From a virus (lineage: Duplodnaviria > Heunggongvirae > Uroviricota > Caudoviricetes), in the IMG/VR virus record IMGVR_UViG_2974697560_000001: a DNA stretch of 59,894 bases; one strand, given 5' to 3'. The position numbers and the translations under genes are program-made. The notes under the pieces were generated by a model. The model did no database searches, had not been told where the DNA came from, and saw only the letters and a program-made list of their open reading frames with translations. Positions 53,447 through 59,894 of this stretch are shown piece by piece; the first letter of the stretch is position 1, and every line of letters starts with the position of its first letter.

Positions 53447-53847
53447 GCGAGCAGATTACTCGTGAGAAGCTAAACCAGATGACTTCTAACGACCAGTACA
53501 TCTTTGAGAATCAGCCAAACGCATTTTACAATGCTCATGGAATCAAGAAGACTTCTGGTCTTAAGATTATGGCTGGTTACGTTTACATTCAGGGCGGAAA
53601 GGCCCGGCACTACGAGAAGGCTGTGTACTTTGGTAACTTCTTCTCAGTAGGATGTAAGCCAGTAATCGTAACCGGTCAGGTCATTCAGAAGCAGTCACGA
53701 ATTCACTGCATCATTCGAGGACTAACCGGAGAATACTGGCCTGACCACAGAGGCTTTACAGCCGTTGTTGACTCAGACGAGCTAAGCTCAAAGTCAAACT
53801 ATTTCCACTATGGCGTGAATGTTCAGTTCATCGCTGTCGGATACTGA
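53407..53847 (+). CDS. Putative minor tail protein
   Basis: YKPTSWSVGEQITREKLNQM and C-terminal FIAVGY. Confidence 0.6.
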   Translation: MATTPYKPTSWSVGEQITREKLNQMTSNDQYIFENQPNAFYNAHGIKKTSGLKIMAGYVYIQGGKARHYEKAVYFGNFFSVGCKPVIVTGQVIQKQSRIHCIIRGLTGEYWPDHRGFTAVVDSDELSSKSNYFHYGVNVQFIAVGY

Positions 53848-54125
53848 TGTACAGACCAATCCGCAATTGGCACAATCGAAAGAGAATCATCTCAGACGAT
53901 GGCTACGTGCTCGTCTTTGCTCCAGAACATCCAAAGTCGTTCAATGGAGGATGGTACTATGAGCATCGGATGGTCTTTGAGGCCCGACTAGGAAGACTGC
54001 TTGACTCAACAGAAACCGTTCATCACATCGGATGCAAGACTGATAACACGAGGAAGAATCTGTTCCTCTGCTCCTGGGAGGAGCATGAAAGACTCAACCG
54101 ACAAGAAGCCTTGACACGAAGATGA
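53847..54125 (+). CDS. HNH endonuclease (minimal)
   Basis: YYEHRMVFEARLGRLL...ETVHHI..KTDN..NL. Confidence 0.75.
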   Translation: MYRPIRNWHNRKRIISDDGYVLVFAPEHPKSFNGGWYYEHRMVFEARLGRLLDSTETVHHIGCKTDNTRKNLFLCSWEEHERLNRQEALTRR

Positions 54126-54167
54126 CGGCATGTTAGGCTTGTCCGTACAACAACGAAAGGAACAAGT

Positions 54168-54926
54168 ATGTCCGACATGACATGGCTGTTCGCTTCTGAC
54201 ATTCATTTCCCCCACCACGATGAGCGCATGGTCAGTCTGTGGTTTGACGTACTCAAGTATCTCAAGCCTGGAGCTGTGGACCTTCCTGGTGACATTGATG
54301 ATGCAGAGGAGACAAGCCGGTGGGTAGAGGGAACCAGCAAAGAAGGATTCTCACTGAACTACCCTGGCATTCAGCTCACACGCAAGTTCCAGGCGGACAT
54401 TCATGAGATTGTCCCTGATGCCGACAAGCATTTCCATGACGGAAATCATGGCTGGTATCGTCACGAAAAGTGGCTGGACAAGAATGCCTCATTCACCTTG
54501 ACGGATGGTGTGTATTCACCAGAGGTTCTGTACGAATACAAGAAGTATGGCTTCCAGTGGCACAACTATGGAGAGCAGGCAGTTCACCGCTATGGAGACA
54601 TTTATGTCCACCACGGCGAAAGCATTTCAAAGCATGCTGGTGAGTCTGTTCGAAATGACGTAGAGTCCTGGGGTGTATCACTGGTTCGTGGTCATTCTCA
54701 CCGAATGGGTGTCTACAACCGAACTTTCGACCTGACTGGGGAAACTCGTCGTGGTTACGAAATCGGTCACATGTGTGACACCAAGCAAATGGGATATGAC
54801 CGTACACGGAACTGGCAGCCTGGCTTCGCATATGGAGTCGTGGCCGGTACTGGTGAGGTCTTCATCGACCTGGTACCTATCATCAACTACACATGCGTAA
54901 TCGGAACAAAGGTATTCCGAGGATAA
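54168..54926 (+). CDS. Calcineurin-like metallophosphoesterase
   Basis: SDIH, GDIDD, GNH, HGES, GHSHR; promoter TTGACA-17-TAGGCT. Confidence 0.88.
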   Translation: MSDMTWLFASDIHFPHHDERMVSLWFDVLKYLKPGAVDLPGDIDDAEETSRWVEGTSKEGFSLNYPGIQLTRKFQADIHEIVPDADKHFHDGNHGWYRHEKWLDKNASFTLTDGVYSPEVLYEYKKYGFQWHNYGEQAVHRYGDIYVHHGESISKHAGESVRNDVESWGVSLVRGHSHRMGVYNRTFDLTGETRRGYEIGHMCDTKQMGYDRTRNWQPGFAYGVVAGTGEVFIDLVPIINYTCVIGTKVFRG

Positions 54927-54979
54927 AGATAAGACCTCCCATGCTATAATGAAAGAAAAAGCAAGGGAGGTTAAGTCTT

Positions 54980-55327
54980 TTGGGTAAGTACGCTAAGTTC
55001 GCTATGGCAGTCGTTGCCACAGTTCTAACTGCTGTGGTAGGATTTGCAGGCGGCGGCATTACCGATGTCGAATGGGTTAACGTAGCTATTGCTGGTGTTG
55101 GTGCTGCTTCTGTATTTGCTGCACCTAACGTTCCAGGCTCTCGTTACACGAAGTCTATTCTTGCGGTTCTTGCAGCAGTTCTAGCATTCCTTACTTCCGC
55201 CATCATTGGTGGAATCTCCCCTGTTGAATGGGGCCAGATTGGAATCCTAGCACTTGGTGCTCTTGGTATTTACGCTGTCCCTAATAAGGTTGGCGATTCA
55301 GTACAGGGAGTACGACTTGAACCATAA
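54980..55327 (+). CDS. Holin-like membrane protein with internal duplication
   Basis: Two homologous 2-TM halves (GGIT..EW...APN / GGIS..EW...VPN). Confidence 0.7.
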   Translation: MGKYAKFAMAVVATVLTAVVGFAGGGITDVEWVNVAIAGVGAASVFAAPNVPGSRYTKSILAVLAAVLAFLTSAIIGGISPVEWGQIGILALGALGIYAVPNKVGDSVQGVRLEP

Positions 55328-55496
55328 GAAATGTGGTGGACGAGTATTCATTGATAGAGTCTTCTCAGATAAGACTCATTTGGAGCTGGCATGCATTGAG
55401 TGTGGTGCCAGGTGGATGCTCGATAAAACCAAGAATAAGCTTGCCGCGTGGCTGACTGCTAGAGAGAAGAATCATTCAGCACAGTTTGCTCGGTGA
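55317..55496 (+). CDS. Small zinc-finger-like protein
   Basis: HKKCGGRVF...CIECG; TTG start, AGGGAG RBS. Confidence 0.65.
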   Translation: MNHKKCGGRVFIDRVFSDKTHLELACIECGARWMLDKTKNKLAAWLTAREKNHSAQFAR

Positions 55497-55573
55497 AGGA
55501 CAGGATGCTATACTCGACATAGCGCTCCCCTGCGTACGCAAGTGCGCAGGGGACATTATTGTTTGGAGACCAT

Positions 55574-56089
55574 ATGGGAAAAGAGAAAAGGACCGGTAAG
55601 AGAAATGCCGCTCGCTACTTCTTTCTCGATGGCGTTCCTCACAAGAAACTACAAATCAATCGTGGGGCAGATACTTTGCTCGCATGGAATTATATTGAAC
55701 GCAAGCGCGTTGCGTACGTATGGTCTGTAGCAAAGAGGAATATGAAGCCTGCATTCCTGAGCAGAGACGTAATGAGAATGCTCAATCGTCACAGGAACAG
55801 TATTCATCTCTACATTCATGAGCAGCAAATCAGGACCCCTTTCAAAACGTATTCTCTGGATGGAGAATACAGGCCCGGTATGTTTCTGTGGTCAGAGAAG
55901 GATATCCTTGACCTTCATGAATTGCTAGTCAATAGAGGGTATGGACGTAAGCGCAAAGATGGACTACCCACTGCGTCACGACTTCCCTCTAGAGCAGAGC
56001 TACTTGCCATGATGCGGAACGATGTGGTTCTATACACGAAGACCCGTGATGGTGAATTCACACCAGTGTGGCAAGAGAAAGATTGGTGA
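55574..56089 (+). CDS. Putative HTH DNA-binding protein
   Basis: RDVMRMLNRHRNSI MerR/excisionase-like helix pair; promoter TTGCTC-17-TATACT. Confidence 0.6.
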   Translation: MGKEKRTGKRNAARYFFLDGVPHKKLQINRGADTLLAWNYIERKRVAYVWSVAKRNMKPAFLSRDVMRMLNRHRNSIHLYIHEQQIRTPFKTYSLDGEYRPGMFLWSEKDILDLHELLVNRGYGRKRKDGLPTASRLPSRAELLAMMRNDVVLYTKTRDGEFTPVWQEKDW

Positions 56090-56092
56090 GAC

Positions 56093-56377
56093 ATGGCGCA
56101 GGCCAAGTACACTCCCTTCGGAGACAGGCTTAACCCATCTGTTGCAATTGTACAGGCGGCTAATGCTTTGGATATCGCAGCTAAGTTTGCAGTTGAATCC
56201 AAGGACACAGATACCCTAGTTAGAGTAGCTAGGGAGTGGGTTGAAATCAGTGGCCGACTGGTGTACGATGACGAAGAAGAGGACGACACTCCCGAAGAAA
56301 GGGATGAAAGTCGTCCATTTGGTTTCTCAGTGACGAGCGATATTGGAGAGGAGGACGCTGAGAGTGACGACGATTAA
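56093..56377 (+). CDS. Hypothetical protein
   Basis: RBS and operon packing. Confidence 0.65.
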   Translation: MAQAKYTPFGDRLNPSVAIVQAANALDIAAKFAVESKDTDTLVRVAREWVEISGRLVYDDEEEDDTPEERDESRPFGFSVTSDIGEEDAESDDD

Positions 56378-56555
56378 GGGTGGCCTTACTTACACGCACA
56401 ACCTTGGGAACTTTCAGAACATCAAGGTAGATGTAGGTATTGAGGATACAGTTCGTGATGGCGAATCTGTTGACCAGGCATTTGAAAGAGTATTCAAGAA
56501 GCTGGAAGACCAGCTTGGCACTCGTGTTGCGAAGGCGGTAGACGAGCTAGGATGA
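56364..56555 (+). CDS. Conserved hypothetical protein
   Basis: NLGNFQNIKVDVG motif; GAGGAGG RBS, GTG start. Confidence 0.65.
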   Translation: MTTIKGGLTYTHNLGNFQNIKVDVGIEDTVRDGESVDQAFERVFKKLEDQLGTRVAKAVDELG

Positions 56556-56917
56556 CCAGGAAGCAGAAGAGTCCAAGGGCTAAAGCATTCGAGCTGATTG
56601 GCGTCTACAAAAAGCTCTATCGTGAGAAGTACGGCAGACCTCCACTGATGAACAGCAATGCTCTACAGTGGGGTTTTATGGCCGCTATTGATGACCTGGA
56701 GTACGGTAACGCAAGGAAAGCGCTCGAATACTTCTTCACTTGTGAGTCTCCTGGTCACGATGTTCAGGTGTTCCTGAACAAGTATGATAAGCTTCACGAG
56801 AACAGGCTGAGGGTTGAAGAAGACGCCCGGAAGCGAGTAGAACGTCTACGTAAGACAGCAGCTCTAGTAGCTGCTCTAGACAAGAAGAATGAGGAGGCAA
56901 TAGATGGCGAGCACTGA
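56552..56917 (+). CDS. Hypothetical protein preceding helicase (possible loader)
   Basis: Coupled to dnaB; function not recognisable. Confidence 0.55.
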   Translation: MTRKQKSPRAKAFELIGVYKKLYREKYGRPPLMNSNALQWGFMAAIDDLEYGNARKALEYFFTCESPGHDVQVFLNKYDKLHENRLRVEEDARKRVERLRKTAALVAALDKKNEEAIDGEH

Positions 56918-58124
56918 GGCAAAGCTCATCAATTCCGTTTGCCGTTCAAAGCAAGTGGGAGCCCTACTCGCTGATAATGTCGATGACCTCTTTATCTCAC
57001 ACAAGGACATCTGGATTGGACTGCGCAAGTATTACATGCAGTTCAAGGCAATTCCAGATGTCTCTGTGTTGCAGGAGCGTTATGCTCTGCTAGAGGATGT
57101 TGACGCAAAGGGCGAGCCAGAATTCTATCTGGACGAGCTAAAGGGCGAATATCTTAGGAGTCGTATCGACTCCATCATGGGTAAGGCTGATGAGGCCCTA
57201 TCCAGGGAGGCTCCAGCACGAGTTCTCGCAAAGCTTACCGCAGAGCTTGGTAAGCTGAACAAGTTCACCAACAATGTCCGAGACCTGAACCTTACCGACT
57301 ACGAGGCTGCCGAGATTCATTTCCAGGCGGTACGTGAGAGGTCAGCAGCAAACGGCTCACCTGGCATTCCTACTGGAATCAAGGCTATCGATGCTGCATA
57401 CCCAACTGGTATGGCTCCTGGTCACCTTATTGTGGCTATTGGCTGGCCCGGTAAGGGTAAGACATGGTTCACTTCCTACCTTGCATGCAAGGCATGGGAA
57501 CGTGGATTCAAGCCAATGATTGTTTCTCTTGAGATGTCTCCTGAGAACATGCGAGACCGTATCTATACTCTTATGGGTTCTGGTCTATTCTCTGCCACTG
57601 ACTTTGCTCGTGGCCAGGTAGACATTGACAACTTCCGTGCTTGGGGCCAGAAGAAATTGGTTGACAAGCCTGACTTTGTCATTGTATCCAATGAGGGTGT
57701 AGGTGACGTAACTCCTAACACTGTCCAGGCCAAGATTGAGCAGCATCGTCCAGACATCGTAATCTGTGACTATCACCAGCTATTCACGAACAACAACCGA
57801 AGCAACTCTCCTGTAGAGCGAGCAATGGGTGTGTCTCGTGAATTCAAGCAGCTTGCAATCACGAATAACATTCCTCTGATTGACATCACTGCTGCAACGG
57901 CTGATGATACGAACAGCACGAAGACGGCTCCTATGCTGAACCAGGTTGCCTGGTCCAAGGCTATCGAGTATGATGCTGACATGGCCTTCGCGGTTCATCG
58001 TGACCCTGACAGTGGCCTCATGCAGGTCATTTGCAGGAAGAATCGTCATGGCTCAGACTTCGAGTTTGAGATTGACGCAGACCTCGATAAGGGTGTCTGG
58101 AAGGAATCCTACGGCGGTTTCTGA
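56904..58124 (+). CDS. dnaB: DnaB-like replicative helicase
   Basis: GIPTG, Walker A GWPGKGKT, SLEM, DYHQL, IEYDAD, KNRHG. Confidence 0.93.
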   Translation: MASTEAKLINSVCRSKQVGALLADNVDDLFISHKDIWIGLRKYYMQFKAIPDVSVLQERYALLEDVDAKGEPEFYLDELKGEYLRSRIDSIMGKADEALSREAPARVLAKLTAELGKLNKFTNNVRDLNLTDYEAAEIHFQAVRERSAANGSPGIPTGIKAIDAAYPTGMAPGHLIVAIGWPGKGKTWFTSYLACKAWERGFKPMIVSLEMSPENMRDRIYTLMGSGLFSATDFARGQVDIDNFRAWGQKKLVDKPDFVIVSNEGVGDVTPNTVQAKIEQHRPDIVICDYHQLFTNNNRSNSPVERAMGVSREFKQLAITNNIPLIDITAATADDTNSTKTAPMLNQVAWSKAIEYDADMAFAVHRDPDSGLMQVICRKNRHGSDFEFEIDADLDKGVWKESYGGF

Positions 58125-58420
58125 TGCACAGCAATGTTAAACGGTTTCAGGTGGACGGCATTATCGGAGATGATGCTGATTTTCCACGGCTGAGAGCACA
58201 CTACGAACATTTGCTGGTTAAAGAGATGCGCAATACCGGTTATATTCCAGTCCTTGACCTTGGTCCATATTTCTCAACCGAATATCAGAATAAGCGATAC
58301 AACTTTGTCGTGACGGCATACGGAATTTACGTTGGGAGGAGAAAGGCTTGGGAAATCCAAGGAATAACGAATGGGCGACTAGTGTCTATGACTACTCCGA
58401 AGAACAAATCGCAATCGTGA
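58124..58420 (+). CDS. Conserved hypothetical protein
   Basis: GYIPVLDL, YGIYVG motif; ATG overlaps the dnaB stop. Confidence 0.7.
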   Translation: MHSNVKRFQVDGIIGDDADFPRLRAHYEHLLVKEMRNTGYIPVLDLGPYFSTEYQNKRYNFVVTAYGIYVGRRKAWEIQGITNGRLVSMTTPKNKSQS

Positions 58421-59412
58421 TTCAAGGAATCGGTGTCGATGTTGATGGCGAAACAGGCAATGACTTCCTGTGCTATTGTCCATTCCATGGCAACACGGAC
58501 ACCCCAAGTTTCTCTGTTTCCAAGCGCAATGGTACGTATATTTGTTTCAATGCTGCCTGCGCCGAACAGGGAAACCTGATGGGTCTGGTTCAGCGACTTC
58601 GTAAGTGCAATATGATGGAAGCCCTTCGCTTCATCATGAAGCACAAGGATACTCGTCGTGTATCTCTTGCTGAAAAGAAGGAGAAGCGCGCGGCGAAGGC
58701 TGGGGATTTCAACATTTTCCCAGAGGAGCCCTTTAAGCGCATGTACAATGACTTCTGGCAGTATCCAGAAGCCGTTCGATACATGGTAGAAGAAAGAGGC
58801 TTCGAAGAGGAGACTCTTCACCACTTTGAGATTGGCTATTCAGTCAAGAATGATATGGTGATTGTCCCCATGCATTCCCCAGACGGAAAGCATGTGGGCC
58901 TCATCGGTCGTTCAATTGAAGGTAAGAGATTCAAGAATTCACCTGGCCTTCCAGTGAGTCGTACTCTTTGGAACCTTAACAGGGCAAAAGCGGCCGGTGA
59001 TACAGTGGTCATCACAGAAGCATCATTCGATAGTATGAGAGTCCATCAAGCAGGTTATCCTTGTACGGTAGCCTTGCTGGGAGGACATCTAAGTCTCATC
59101 CACATCGACTTGCTTGAGCGATATTTCAATACGCTTATCATCATGACCGACTTCGATGATAAGACAAAGCACATTTCTCCAGTGTGCCGTAAGTGCCCTG
59201 GACAATGTGTTGGGCACAATCCAGGACGAGACCTCGGAAAGCTCATTGTAGAGTCCTTCCCCAGGAAGCGAGTGCTTTGGGCATCCAACGGATACAAAGA
59301 GGTCTATCCTAACGAAGCCAAGGACGCTGGCGGAATGCATGACAAGGAAATCAAGAATTGCATTCAGAACGCTGTTTCCAACTTCGAGTACAAAAGGTGG
59401 GGCTTGTACTGA
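58348..59412 (+). CDS. DNA primase (zinc finger + TOPRIM)
   Basis: CPFH.NTDTPSFSV...CF; VITEASFD; DFD. Confidence 0.9.
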   Translation: MGNPRNNEWATSVYDYSEEQIAIVIQGIGVDVDGETGNDFLCYCPFHGNTDTPSFSVSKRNGTYICFNAACAEQGNLMGLVQRLRKCNMMEALRFIMKHKDTRRVSLAEKKEKRAAKAGDFNIFPEEPFKRMYNDFWQYPEAVRYMVEERGFEEETLHHFEIGYSVKNDMVIVPMHSPDGKHVGLIGRSIEGKRFKNSPGLPVSRTLWNLNRAKAAGDTVVITEASFDSMRVHQAGYPCTVALLGGHLSLIHIDLLERYFNTLIIMTDFDDKTKHISPVCRKCPGQCVGHNPGRDLGKLIVESFPRKRVLWASNGYKEVYPNEAKDAGGMHDKEIKNCIQNAVSNFEYKRWGLY

Positions 59413-59489
59413 CAAGCCCTTCTCTGCTACAATAGAACTTAGTAGGCGCATAGCGACCTCGAATAAACACTAGGAGAATATAAACTAAT

Positions 59490-59894
59490 ATGGGTACTCT
59501 TAAGGGTCTCGCAGCAATTCGCGCACATAACGAGAAGCAGGCACAGGCAGCCAAGGAGCGAGAAGCGCGTCTCAACTCCGCAAAGGTGGAATACCTTAGC
59601 CTGAACGATGGACAGAGCGTAAAGGTTCGTTTCCTCCAGGAGATGGACGCAGAGGCGAAGAACTACGACAAGGCTCGTGGCGTAGGCGTTGGTGTCGTTG
59701 AGCACAGCGTTTACGACAAGGCAAACCGTCGTATGTACCGCACTGCCTGTCTGATGGACGACGAAGGTCGCTGCTACGGTTGTGAGCGTTACCGTGCAGG
59801 CGACAAGGACTATTCAACAAAGCGTAACTACTACATCAACGTTCTTGTAGATGCAATGGACGGTGAGGCTCCAAAGACTATGGTTCTTTCCCGT
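59490..59894 (+). CDS. Single-stranded DNA-binding protein (partial, runs off window)
   Basis: AGGAG RBS; LSLNDGQSVKVRFLQE, C-x6-CxxC motif, follows primase. Confidence 0.7.
   Translation, partial: MGTLKGLAAIRAHNEKQAQAAKEREARLNSAKVEYLSLNDGQSVKVRFLQEMDAEAKNYDKARGVGVGVVEHSVYDKANRRMYRTACLMDDEGRCYGCERYRAGDKDYSTKRNYYINVLVDAMDGEAPKTMVLSR

Noticed and set aside
55524-55552. GC-rich GCAA-tetraloop hairpin after a promoter
   Set aside because: Most simply a stabilising 5' UTR hairpin; no T tract or further structure to support an ncRNA call

Overview
This window is the left ~60 kb of a large lytic actinophage siphovirus. Gene content and order most resemble the big Streptomyces phages of clusters BE/BK (Stanwilliamsviridae-like); this is an inference, no database search was run. 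(1) 1-10.7 kb: a probable terminal-repeat/early region of short minus-strand genes (DUF932, two ribosomal L7/L12-CTD-like proteins, Lsr2-like, Gp88-like, two ParB-like). Nearly every gene sits in a repeated cassette of hairpin, TGTC-N7-GACA palindrome and sigma-HrdB-type promoter. (2) 10.7-18.6 kb, minus strand: thyX, homing endonucleases, a DUF2637-like membrane protein with a TGTC/GACA array inside its gene, Dps, a cytidylyltransferase plus glycosyltransferases, tRNA-Thr(CGT) and a secreted transglycosylase. (3) 18.6-19.05 kb: a hairpin-dense divergent control region. (4) 19-53.8 kb, plus strand: GT4, class II RNR, HNH, a multidomain endolysin and the virion module (portal, protease/scaffold, capsid, neck, tail tube, chaperones, tape measure, minor tails, 2001-aa fibre). 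(5) 53.8-59.9 kb: HNH, metallophosphoesterase, holin, DnaB helicase, primase and a truncated SSB. No terminase, integrase, CRISPR array or rRNA is visible. Functional calls rest on motif recognition by eye. Start codons were revised where RBS, promoter or overlap evidence disagreed with the ORF track.
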